A stretch of DNA of 64,000 nucleotides. Origin: Candidatus Saccharibacteria bacterium UBA1932. Lineage in GTDB: Bacteria; Patescibacteriota; Saccharimonadia; Saccharimonadales; Saccharimonadaceae. The number at the start of each line of letters is the position of its first letter. The first letter of the stretch is position 1. The notes below the pieces were generated by a model that saw nothing but the letters and a program-made list of their open reading frames with translations, was not told the origin of the DNA and did no database searches. The stretch covers positions 57,546 to 121,545 of the forward strand of contig DDFI01000001.1 in assembly GCA_002337095.1 (NCBI GenBank). Reading direction: 5' to 3'. This document shows positions 49,181 to 57,862 of the stretch, piece after piece. A program made the translations under genes and the position numbers.

Positions 49181-49745
49181 CTAGCTCCTGCAACAGCTCC
49201 GGAAAAGCATTAGTTCCCAGACTTTTTCGCGTAAAATGTCCGTTGCCGCTAAACTCTTTGTACTCAATATTGTCGACCTCATTGCGGATACGGTCAATCG
49301 ATTGGTGAATAACGTCAAAATCATCATCAGAGCTCATAACTGTGATGCCGGCAGTTTTTTGCACCACATGACGATCAAGTCTAACATTAAAAAAGTTCTT
49401 ATCAAACGGTTCACCAAATGTTATGCCCAACCACGGCGCCACAAGCACGACTTTCCCGACTGTACGATCGCTTTCAGACAAATAGCGCAAAATAAATCCT
49501 CCACCGCAACTATGTCCTACAAGTACCGTTTCTGGTGTGATGTCAAAACGCTCAACTTCGCGCTTCCATGACTCGTATATCGTAAAATCATATTGCGTCA
49601 TTTCTGGCACATCAACCTTATATCCCCTGAGCATCAGCTGTTTCGTGAGCCAGGGAAACCAATGATCATTACTCGCTGTCGGCTTGTCCGGATCAAAAAA
49701 TTCCTCTTTCGTATTCCGCCCATGGATAAGAATTGCGTTTGTCAT
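49164..49745 (-). CDS. RBBP9/YdeN-family alpha/beta hydrolase
   Basis: ILIHG, WFPWL, VGHSCGG, LVAPW, SDDD, GHF. Confidence 0.9.
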   Translation of the reverse strand: MTNAILIHGRNTKEEFFDPDKPTASNDHWFPWLTKQLMLRGYKVDVPEMTQYDFTIYESWKREVERFDITPETVLVGHSCGGGFILRYLSESDRTVGKVVLVAPWLGITFGEPFDKNFFNVRLDRHVVQKTAGITVMSSDDDFDVIHQSIDRIRNEVDNIEYKEFSGNGHFTRKSLGTNAFPELLQELVDDRE

Positions 49746-49747
49746 CG

Positions 49748-50782
49748 CTAAAACTGCCTCAAAAAATCTAACTTTGCAGATTCAAAATGCCGGACGTCTT
49801 CGATGCCGTATTTCATCATGACCAGGCGGTCGATGCCGCAGCCAAAGGCGAAGCCGGTATAGACTTCAGGGTCGATGTCGGCGGCGCGTAGCACATTCGG
49901 GTGGATCATGCCACAGCCGAGCAGCTCGATCCATTTACTCTGCGAGCAGACATTGCAGCCGTGTTCGCAGAATGGGCACGACAGCGCAAATTCAAAACTT
50001 GGCTCGGTAAACGGAAAATAAAACGGATTGACACGCACCTCAAGCTGGCGACCGTAATATTCCTCGAGGAATTTCTTGAGCGTCGCCACCAGCATGCCGG
50101 CATGCACGCCGCGTGCCACATAGATGCCCTCGACCTGATAGAATGTATGCTCATGACGCGCATCTAGGTCTTCGTTGCGAAACACGCGGTCGGGCACAAT
50201 CGCCGCAATCGCTTCGCCGCGTTCTAGTTGGTCACGGTATTTGACCAAGGTGCGATTCTGCATAGTACTGGTGTGCGCCGGCGCAATCAGCGGTTCCTGC
50301 TCGCGGTCGGTCTCGACCGTCATGAAGGTATCGTAGTCGTCGCGCGCCGGGTGGCCTTTTGGGAAATTGAGGCTCTCGAACATATGGTATTGGTCGTCGA
50401 TCTCGCGCGACTGCTCCGTAACAAATCCCATACGGCCAAAAATCTCCGAGATCCTCGCGATCTCGCGCGTCAACGGATGCTGGCTGCCTTGTTCGGCCGG
50501 CAAGAGCGCTGGCAGTGCGGCGTTGACGTCCATCGGTGCCGTGACATCGATCGGCGGCAATTCCACATAATCAAGCTCGGCCTGACGCGCCGCGATAGCT
50601 TGCTCAATCGACAGTTTAAGCGCATTGACCCGCGCGCCAAACTCCGCTCGCTGGCTAGCATCAAGCGTACGAATCTGGGCGTACAGCTGGCGAATCTCGG
50701 GCGCACGCAGCACCTCACTCGGCTGAGCACTGGCGTGGACGCGCGCGGTAAGTTGGCGCTCTAATAACTCAATATCTGGCAT
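49748..50782 (-). CDS. pheS: Phenylalanyl-tRNA synthetase alpha subunit
   Basis: HPL, F.SLNFP..HPARD..DTF, HTS.MQ, H..TFYQVEG, FPFTEPS.E, GCGMIHP, GFAFG.GIDR. Confidence 0.97.
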   Translation of the reverse strand: MPDIELLERQLTARVHASAQPSEVLRAPEIRQLYAQIRTLDASQRAEFGARVNALKLSIEQAIAARQAELDYVELPPIDVTAPMDVNAALPALLPAEQGSQHPLTREIARISEIFGRMGFVTEQSREIDDQYHMFESLNFPKGHPARDDYDTFMTVETDREQEPLIAPAHTSTMQNRTLVKYRDQLERGEAIAAIVPDRVFRNEDLDARHEHTFYQVEGIYVARGVHAGMLVATLKKFLEEYYGRQLEVRVNPFYFPFTEPSFEFALSCPFCEHGCNVCSQSKWIELLGCGMIHPNVLRAADIDPEVYTGFAFGCGIDRLVMMKYGIEDVRHFESAKLDFLRQF

Positions 50783-50802
50783 ACTATCTATAATTATATC
50801 AT

Positions 50803-51045
50803 TTAGTATTGATTTGCCGTGCGCACGATGAAATAAATGGCTAGTGCAATCAGGGCGATCACGACCAGCACCCACACCCAGGCAAGGCTAGTGGTCGACT
50901 TGGTGCCCTCGAGATACGCAGTCTCGTGATCGGCATCGGGCGCGGCGGCGAGCTTTTGGGTCGACTGGGCTTTTTGGCGCAGCTCGGCATCAAGGCGCTG
51001 TTGCAGCTCGCTACGGTTTTCGTTTTGTTGTACATATAATCCCAT
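50803..51045 (-). CDS. Small C-terminally anchored membrane protein
   Basis: MGLYVQQNENRSELQQRL…LAWVWVLVVIAL; TATACT-6nt-ATG start. Confidence 0.75.
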   Translation of the reverse strand: MGLYVQQNENRSELQQRLDAELRQKAQSTQKLAAAPDADHETAYLEGTKSTTSLAWVWVLVVIALIALAIYFIVRTANQY

Positions 51046-51116
51046 GCGTCAAGTATACCACTCATGTACCGCCTATGGTATACTGGGCGTATATCACTAA
51101 AGGAGGGATATACTGT

Positions 51117-51962
51117 ATGGCTACCAAAAAAGCCGTTGCTCCGAAAAAATCGGTTGCAACATCGACTAACAAAAAGCCTGCGACTGTCACTCGCGTTGTG
51201 ACTCGTGAGCCACGCGAAGCAGTCCGCTACAACAAAACACACCGTCCAAACTTTACCAACGAGATCAATAGCTCGCGCTACCTCGCGACACTGGTCGCCG
51301 AGTTTATCGGTACCTTTACGCTGGCGTCTGCGGTGGTTGTACTCCAAGGACAGCCGTTCTTTATGCTATTTGCACTAGCTGGGCTGGTGCTGATGTTCGG
51401 CCAGATTTCTGGCGCGTACCTCAACCCCGCGCTGGCACTGGCTGGCTGGGCAACTAAGCGACTAACTGCAGCGCGCGCGCTCGGCTACGTGCTGATGCAA
51501 GTGCTCGGTGCATTGCTGGCCCTAGTGGTCATCACGTCGGTCATGAAACAAGCTCCGGCTACCGTCGGCGCCATGGGCGCGCTTGCTGCTGCCGAACCGT
51601 TCAAGCTTGGCGCACTGCCTCTGGGCAAAGAATGGTTCGTGATGCTCGGCGAAGTGCTCGGTACCATGCTGTTTGGTTTTGCGGTTGCTGGTGCAACTCG
51701 CGAGAAAAACGAACGCGTTGGCGCAGCCCTTACGGTCGGTATCGGCCTTATGCTCGGTCTGGTCGTAGGCGGCTACCTGGCTTCCACCATTGGTGGCGCC
51801 GCGGTACTCAACCCAGCTGTAGCATTTACACTGCAAGCCTTTGGTACTTGGAGCGCAGTATCATGGTGGGCGGTCGGAATCTACATCCTGGGCAGCAGCC
51901 TAGGTGCAGTCGCAGGCTTCTACCTGTACGACCTGCTTGCTCGTGCTAGCCAAGAAAAATAA
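51117..51962 (+). CDS. Aquaporin/MIP channel with Lys-rich N-terminal extension
   Basis: AEFIGTF, SGAYLNPA, LNPAVA; six TM helices; AAGGAGG SD. Confidence 0.92.
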   Translation: MATKKAVAPKKSVATSTNKKPATVTRVVTREPREAVRYNKTHRPNFTNEINSSRYLATLVAEFIGTFTLASAVVVLQGQPFFMLFALAGLVLMFGQISGAYLNPALALAGWATKRLTAARALGYVLMQVLGALLALVVITSVMKQAPATVGAMGALAAAEPFKLGALPLGKEWFVMLGEVLGTMLFGFAVAGATREKNERVGAALTVGIGLMLGLVVGGYLASTIGGAAVLNPAVAFTLQAFGTWSAVSWWAVGIYILGSSLGAVAGFYLYDLLARASQEK

Positions 51963-51983
51963 CAGCTAGTATACTCAAACAAC

Positions 51984-52010
51984 ATAACGCCGGGTTCGCC
52001 CGGCGTTATT
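51984..52010. terminator. Bidirectional hairpin terminator
   Basis: ATAACGCCGGG-TTCG-CCCGGCGTTAT. Confidence 0.8.
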
Positions 52011-52023
52011 CGTGTGGCTGCGG

Positions 52024-53097
52024 CTAGTCGTCGGCCGCGGGACGATCAATCAGCAGCGGCGCGACACTCGGGTCGGCGTCGGCAATCTTGATCACGTCTT
52101 TGTCTACTTTGGCAAGCTCTTTGTGGGCGGCGTTGTAGTGGTTAACGGTAGTGCCCAGCGCGTTACCAAGCTTTTGCATGTAGGTTTCGAACTTCGCAAT
52201 ATGCTGGCCTAGCTTGCTCACGCGTATCTGAATATCCTTGGCCTGCTGCTCGATCTGCAGGCTGCGCAGCCCCTGCAGCACCGTCTGCAAATACGCCATA
52301 AAACTCGTTGGGCTGACAATAATAACATGCCGGTCGCGAAACGCATACTCAATCAAATCGCGCGAGCTACCGCCAGTGCCAATGTTGTTGATCAGTAGGT
52401 CGTAGTATAGCGACTCGCTCGGGATAAACATAAAGGCAAAATCCATCGTGTGTTCGCTCGGACGAATATATTTGCTGGTTTCGTCGATGCGGTTTTTCAG
52501 ATCAGCTTTTACTTTTGCCATCAGGCGATCACGCTCGGTTTTATCGCTGGCTTCGATCATGCGGTTGTAATTCTCAAGGCTAAATTTGCTATCGATCGAC
52601 AGCACTTGGCCACGCTCCAGGAATATCACGGCATCAACGATTTCGCCATCGGCAAACGCGTACTGCATCTGAAAATTATTCGGCGGCAAGACATTCTCGA
52701 GCACACTTTGCAGGTAATATTCACCAAATACCCCGCGCTGCTTGGGGTTTGATAGTACATTTTGTAGGGTTTTCAGCTCGTCGGCAACATCGACAACGCG
52801 CCGATTCGTTTCGTCGAGCTTGGCCAGGCGTTCGGTGACATCAGCCACCAGTTTGGAGCTGACCGCCAGCTGCTTAGCAACCGTTTGCTGCATGCCCATG
52901 CTACTACGCTCGATACGATCACCCATCGAGGTATTGAGCTGCGTGATCGATCGCGACAGCTCGGTCACGTCGGTCTTGAGTAGCTCGACTGCACTGGCGC
53001 TGCGCAGCTCACGCATGCGTTGATTCATCACCACAAGTACGGCGCCAAAACCGAGCACAATCACCACTAGCAACACAACCACAAGTACGATATCCAT
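52024..53097 (-). CDS. rmuC: DNA recombination protein RmuC family
   Basis: N-terminal TM, coiled coil, KQRGVFGE..L, IDSKF, FAFMFIPSESLY, IVSPTS. Confidence 0.92.
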   Translation of the reverse strand: MDIVLVVVLLVVIVLGFGAVLVVMNQRMRELRSASAVELLKTDVTELSRSITQLNTSMGDRIERSSMGMQQTVAKQLAVSSKLVADVTERLAKLDETNRRVVDVADELKTLQNVLSNPKQRGVFGEYYLQSVLENVLPPNNFQMQYAFADGEIVDAVIFLERGQVLSIDSKFSLENYNRMIEASDKTERDRLMAKVKADLKNRIDETSKYIRPSEHTMDFAFMFIPSESLYYDLLINNIGTGGSSRDLIEYAFRDRHVIIVSPTSFMAYLQTVLQGLRSLQIEQQAKDIQIRVSKLGQHIAKFETYMQKLGNALGTTVNHYNAAHKELAKVDKDVIKIADADPSVAPLLIDRPAADD

Positions 53098-53118
53098 ACT
53101 CGTAGTATACCACTATCG

Positions 53119-53631
53119 CTACAGCAGAGCGAGCCGCGCCAGAAACACCACAACGACGGTCAGCACGAGTGCCAGGATAAACGATTTGCTGCGATTAATC
53201 CAGCCAAACACCGCATAGGCGAGCACCCATAGTACGATAAATGCCAGCAGCGTCCAGCCCCACGCCAATGGTGCGAGGGCAGCGCCGAGCGGCCACAATG
53301 CGATCGATGCCGCCAACACCACCAGTAGTGGACGCGCCAGCCGTAATCGTACCAGCGCAATCAACCCGCCAATATTTGCGATAATCAGCCCGGCGATCAG
53401 CCCATAGGCGGGAGCAGCCGCACAGTCAGTCGGGGCGATGGGCCGGCAAAGTACCGGTACAAATACAAACTTAAATAGTAGCGATGCGACCACCCACACC
53501 AGCAATCCCACGACGGCGCCTACGGCCATAATGCGCCCCAAATCGCCCAGCGCCAAGCGGTAGAGCGAAGTTGATTCTTCGTAGCTGTCGGTATCAATAA
53601 TGACTTGTTCGGTGCGTTTACGTGCGAGCAT
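53119..53631 (-). CDS. Multi-pass membrane protein
   Basis: Five hydrophobic segments. Confidence 0.8.
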   Translation of the reverse strand: MLARKRTEQVIIDTDSYEESTSLYRLALGDLGRIMAVGAVVGLLVWVVASLLFKFVFVPVLCRPIAPTDCAAAPAYGLIAGLIIANIGGLIALVRLRLARPLLVVLAASIALWPLGAALAPLAWGWTLLAFIVLWVLAYAVFGWINRSKSFILALVLTVVVVFLARLALL

Positions 53632-53656
53632 AGATAGTCCTCAGATTAGCTAAAGC

Positions 53657-54181
53657 CTATTTTACTACTTTTTTGTGTGTTTGGCTAGCCTTGGGCATCA
53701 GTTGCGCCACCAGTGCGGCCAATCGCACACGTACCGGCGGGTACCACAGCGCACCGATACAGGCAATCGCCATGCCACCCATCACGTCAAGCGGCGTATG
53801 CACCAGTGCCAGCACGCGCCCGACGCACATCAGAATCGTCATAATGAATAAGGCCAGCGTTACCTTGCGGCTACGTGTCACAAACCACACCGCCAGCGTG
53901 AGCGTCATCGCGAATACTGCGTGGTCAGAGGGAAAACCAGGGTTATTCAGCGACAACGCCCCAGCCTCGACGCCAAGCTTTTCGAATGGTCGCAGCCCCT
54001 CGAATTGCAGCCACAGCCCGGCAAATTTGGCTAGTACATAGGTAGTCATGCCCGCCATCACGATATAGCTATAGTCGCGGTACCAATGTCGCCGATCGAC
54101 GCGAAATAGAAGCATATAAAGAGCGACGAGCACGATGATGAGAATCAAACCATCAGCGATAAGTTTTGTAAGCATATTCAT
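53657..54181 (-). CDS. PAP2-family phosphatase (undecaprenyl-pyrophosphate phosphatase-like)
   Basis: K…RP, GFPSDHA, GRV…HTP.DV motifs. Confidence 0.9.
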   Translation of the reverse strand: MNMLTKLIADGLILIIVLVALYMLLFRVDRRHWYRDYSYIVMAGMTTYVLAKFAGLWLQFEGLRPFEKLGVEAGALSLNNPGFPSDHAVFAMTLTLAVWFVTRSRKVTLALFIMTILMCVGRVLALVHTPLDVMGGMAIACIGALWYPPVRVRLAALVAQLMPKASQTHKKVVK

Positions 54182-54229
54182 ACAACCTAGTATACCGCTC
54201 ATTTCGATCCTATGCAAAAAGTGCGCACA

Positions 54230-55561
54230 TTAGCGCACCTTGAGGCTCGTATCGATATGCGTCATAAGCGGATCGAGGAAAAATTCGATCAGTCGGCGCT
54301 GGCCAGTCGTAATCTCACCCGTGACTAGCATGCCGGGAGTAAGCGCCAACGTGGTGCCTTGGGAGGTTTTTGTATCGTATAGCTTGATACGTGCTTTATA
54401 TATGGGGCCTTTCTTTTCGTCATTGATAGCATCGGCACTGATCTTTTCGACCGTGCCATGCAGTAGGCCGTAGCGCTGGAATGAAAAGCTATCGACTTTT
54501 ACCGCCACTGGCTGACCCTCGTGTACAAATCCCACATCACTCGGGCTCACCGACGCTTCAACATACAGTGTCGCGTCACTCGGCACGATCGTCACCAGGG
54601 GCTGCGCCAATGTGGCGACTCCACCGATCGTGGTCGGCGTAACTGTCAGCACCGTGCCATCGACGGGGGCAATAAGTGTATGCCACGCCAGCGTTTGTTT
54701 GGCTTCATCGAGCGATTTACTGAGTTCCACGATACGCTTGTCGGCATCAATCGTAGAGGTAGTATCGGCAGAGGAGGTATCAGCATTAAAATTCTGCAAA
54801 TTTGCCGAAGCTTGCAATACGCTAGATTCTGCCTGGGCGGTACGCTGCTGTTGTGCGCCCAGCGCTGCTTGCTGTGTGGTAATGCGCGAATCGATATCGT
54901 TTAGCTGCGCCTGCAAGCGGATTTGGTCGACGCTATCTGCTGCTGCGAGTTGTTCGGCGATATGTGCACGTGCAGCACGAGTAGCGTCTAGCGTGTCAGC
55001 CAGCGTTTGCTGGTTTTGACGTTCAGCCGCGAGCTGCGACTGCGCCTGCGAGATGCCGATACTAAGCGCACTGCGACGCACCGCCGCCACAGATTTACGC
55101 GAGTACGCCAGCTGCATAAAATCATCTTTTATCTGTTGCGATACCTCGGCATTGGCAATTAGATCAGCCGCGCTGGTGCCAGTATTGATCGCCATAATCA
55201 CCGCGCGTTCCAGCCTGGCAACGGCCAGCGCCTGCGATGCCGCGTCAACGGTTTTTCGGGCAAGCGTGGGATCAAGTGTAATTAGCGTTTGGCCTTTTGT
55301 TACTTTTTGGCCCTCGCGCACATCGATAGTGTTGATCATGCCTCCCACGGACGCCTGAATTGTCTTGACATTGCCATCAGGTACGATCCTGCCCGCGGCC
55401 GTCGCGATAACATCAATCTGCCCTACATACGACCATACGAGCGCAATAACAACCAGCGCAATTATCAGCCATAGCACAATGCGGCCAAATGGTGAGGCAG
55501 GTGTCTCGACAATTTCTTCTGCCGCAGGCAAAAATTCGTACTGAGCATTATTTCGTCTCAT
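54230..55561 (-). CDS. HlyD-family type I secretion adaptor (membrane fusion protein)
   Basis: EFLPAA.EI.ETP.SP, single TM, lipoyl half motifs (V.EGQ.V.KGQ.L / APVDGTV), PGM.V..EI.TG.RR.I.FFL.P. Confidence 0.93.
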   Translation of the reverse strand: MRRNNAQYEFLPAAEEIVETPASPFGRIVLWLIIALVVIALVWSYVGQIDVIATAAGRIVPDGNVKTIQASVGGMINTIDVREGQKVTKGQTLITLDPTLARKTVDAASQALAVARLERAVIMAINTGTSAADLIANAEVSQQIKDDFMQLAYSRKSVAAVRRSALSIGISQAQSQLAAERQNQQTLADTLDATRAARAHIAEQLAAADSVDQIRLQAQLNDIDSRITTQQAALGAQQQRTAQAESSVLQASANLQNFNADTSSADTTSTIDADKRIVELSKSLDEAKQTLAWHTLIAPVDGTVLTVTPTTIGGVATLAQPLVTIVPSDATLYVEASVSPSDVGFVHEGQPVAVKVDSFSFQRYGLLHGTVEKISADAINDEKKGPIYKARIKLYDTKTSQGTTLALTPGMLVTGEITTGQRRLIEFFLDPLMTHIDTSLKVR

Positions 55562-57719
55562 GCTCGCCCCCTAGCTGTTGCGCGTGCAAATGTGCGTACA
55601 AGCCGCCACGTTTGAGCAATGTTTGCGGGGCTCCGTATTCTACCAGCTGCCCACGATCAATTGCCATAATTTTGTCGACGTCGCGTAGTGTTGATAGCCG
55701 ATGCGCAATGATAATGACGGTACGTCCCGCGCAGATCTGGCGCAAGTTTTGCTGGATAACGTTTTCGGATTCGTAGTCGAGCGCCGAAGTGGCCTCATCA
55801 AATATTAGTATGCGTGGATCGTGCAACAGTGCCCTCGCAATCGCAATCCGTTGTTTTTGGCCACCGGACAGCCCCTCGCCTTTTTCGCCAACCATCGTGT
55901 CGTAGCCTTCGGGTAATTCCAGTATGAATTCATGCGCACCAGCCACACGCGCTGCCGCCACAACCTGCTCTATACTAGCAGCCGGCATGTGTACGGCAAT
56001 ATTGTCGCGAATCGATGCATTGAATAGGAAGTTTTCTTGCAACACCACACCAACTTGCCGGCGCAACCACGCTGAATCAGTCAGCGAAATGTCGACACCA
56101 TCGATCATGATTTTGCCAGCCTCAGGGATGTATAGTCGCTGGATTAATTTGCTAATCGTACTCTTGCCCGAACCGCTTCGACCCACGACCCCCACAATAT
56201 CACCTGGGCGAATCCCAAATGTCATGTCACGAATCACTTCGGCTGCATCTGGGCGGTAGCGAAAACGCACGTTTTCGAAGCGAATGTCTCCAGTGATTGC
56301 CGGCAACCGCGATTTCGACGGATCCATACCAGGCTCGGGCACAGAGTTAAAAATATCACCAAGCCGCTTAACCGAAATGCCCGTTTGCTGAAAATCTTGC
56401 CATGATTGGACAAGCCGTAGAACCGGTCCGCTGACGCGGCTCGACAACATCCGAAACGCAATCAGTGCACCAATTGTCAGACTAGCCGACATCACCAAAT
56501 GTGCACCAAACCAGAGGATTGCGAGGTCCGAAATTTTTTGAATTAACTGCCCGATTGCGCTGGCGTTACCAGACAAAATAGCGGTGTTGTAACTGGCCTG
56601 CGTGTAATGCGCAAGCTTACCCTCCCAGCGCTTTTGGATTTGTGGTTCAAGCGCAAATGATTTGATCGTTTGCGCACCAGAAACCGATTCTACCAGATAC
56701 GATTGCGAGTCGGCACCGGCATTAAATTTTTCGTCCAAACGATGCCTAAATAGCGGTGTGACCAGCATAGACAACCCAACAAAAAACGGCAGGGTGCCAA
56801 GCACAACCCATGTCAGGGTCGGACTGTAGGCGAACATGACAACCACATACACCGCCATAAATAACACATCGATCAATGTATTCAGCGGCGTGCCGGTCAG
56901 AAAGGCACGAATTTTTTCGAGCTCCATGACACGAGCAGTCGTGTCGCCAACACGACGCGTTTCGAAATAGCGCAGCGGCAACCGAAATAGATGGTGAAAC
57001 AAGCGCGCACCCAGCATCACATCGATACGATTGGACGTATGCGTGAATATATAGCTGCGCGCAACACTCATCAGCGCCTCAAATATCGCCACAATCACAA
57101 GGCCCGTAGTGATCACGTCGAGCGTCGAGGCGCTATGGTGTACTAGCGCCTTATCAATCACCACCTGCGTGAGGATCGGCGCAAAAATACCGAGGACTTG
57201 CAGCGCAAAAGCAGCCGCGAGTACTTCCATGAGGGGCTTTTTGTATTTGATGATAGTCGGAATAAACCATTTGATATCGAATGTGCGCTGGGTATCTTGC
57301 CCGAATCGCTGCGCGCATAGAATTACACGGCCATTCCACTCATCTCGAAATTCGTCCGCGCTCATGACCTGCGGCGGCGTACCGTCGGGCATAAGCATCA
57401 GCAGTTTGTCGTCGTTGATCTGGGCGAGGATGGCAAATCGCGCAGTTTTCATGCCGACGATCAGCGGCATTGCGAGCTTTGGCAGTTGCGTATAGTTTGT
57501 TGTTAGCGCCCGCGTTTTGAGCCGCAGGTCACGACCCGCTCGTACAATGTCCTGCTCGCTGGCACCATCGGCACCAATCGCCAATGCATGCGTGATCTGC
57601 TCGACATCGGCCGCCACGCCGTGGAATCCCGCGACATTGACAAGGCAGTACAGCCCAGGATCGATAGTTGCGTGAGCCTCGGCGGACACGGTGGTTTTTT
57701 TGCTCGGTTTTTGAGCCAT
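55548..57719 (-). CDS. HlyB-family type I secretion ABC transporter with degenerate C39-like domain
   Basis: DPGLYCL (no catalytic Cys at the DCG position), WFIP.I.KY, IDKALVH, YFETRRVGD..ARV.EL..IR.FLTG, GRSGSGKST, LSGGQKQR. Confidence 0.95.
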   Translation of the reverse strand: MAQKPSKKTTVSAEAHATIDPGLYCLVNVAGFHGVAADVEQITHALAIGADGASEQDIVRAGRDLRLKTRALTTNYTQLPKLAMPLIVGMKTARFAILAQINDDKLLMLMPDGTPPQVMSADEFRDEWNGRVILCAQRFGQDTQRTFDIKWFIPTIIKYKKPLMEVLAAAFALQVLGIFAPILTQVVIDKALVHHSASTLDVITTGLVIVAIFEALMSVARSYIFTHTSNRIDVMLGARLFHHLFRLPLRYFETRRVGDTTARVMELEKIRAFLTGTPLNTLIDVLFMAVYVVVMFAYSPTLTWVVLGTLPFFVGLSMLVTPLFRHRLDEKFNAGADSQSYLVESVSGAQTIKSFALEPQIQKRWEGKLAHYTQASYNTAILSGNASAIGQLIQKISDLAILWFGAHLVMSASLTIGALIAFRMLSSRVSGPVLRLVQSWQDFQQTGISVKRLGDIFNSVPEPGMDPSKSRLPAITGDIRFENVRFRYRPDAAEVIRDMTFGIRPGDIVGVVGRSGSGKSTISKLIQRLYIPEAGKIMIDGVDISLTDSAWLRRQVGVVLQENFLFNASIRDNIAVHMPAASIEQVVAAARVAGAHEFILELPEGYDTMVGEKGEGLSGGQKQRIAIARALLHDPRILIFDEATSALDYESENVIQQNLRQICAGRTVIIIAHRLSTLRDVDKIMAIDRGQLVEYGAPQTLLKRGGLYAHLHAQQLGGEHETK

Positions 57720-57808
57720 ACAACTTTTCGTGTGCCCCACAAAGATGTTACAAATCTTCGTCGAACACAGAACTCCCTTTTATTGCCCACCGACTACTGT
57801 TCTATTGC

Positions 57809-57825
57809 TGCCAGTATACCAAATC
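57809..57825 (-). promoter_or_regulatory. Putative extended -10 promoter for hlyB-hlyD, separate from the RTX gene
   Basis: Minus-strand TGGTATACT about 95 nt upstream of the hlyB ATG. Confidence 0.45.
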
Positions 57826-57862
57826 CTTGGCGTGCGCCAAAGCATGAGCACCGAGGTAACAT

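Noticed and set aside
55548-57719. Bacteriocin-processing PCAT (active C39 peptidase)
   Set aside because: The catalytic Cys position reads DPG, and the adjacent cargo is an RTX protein, matching HlyB-type inactive CLD transporters
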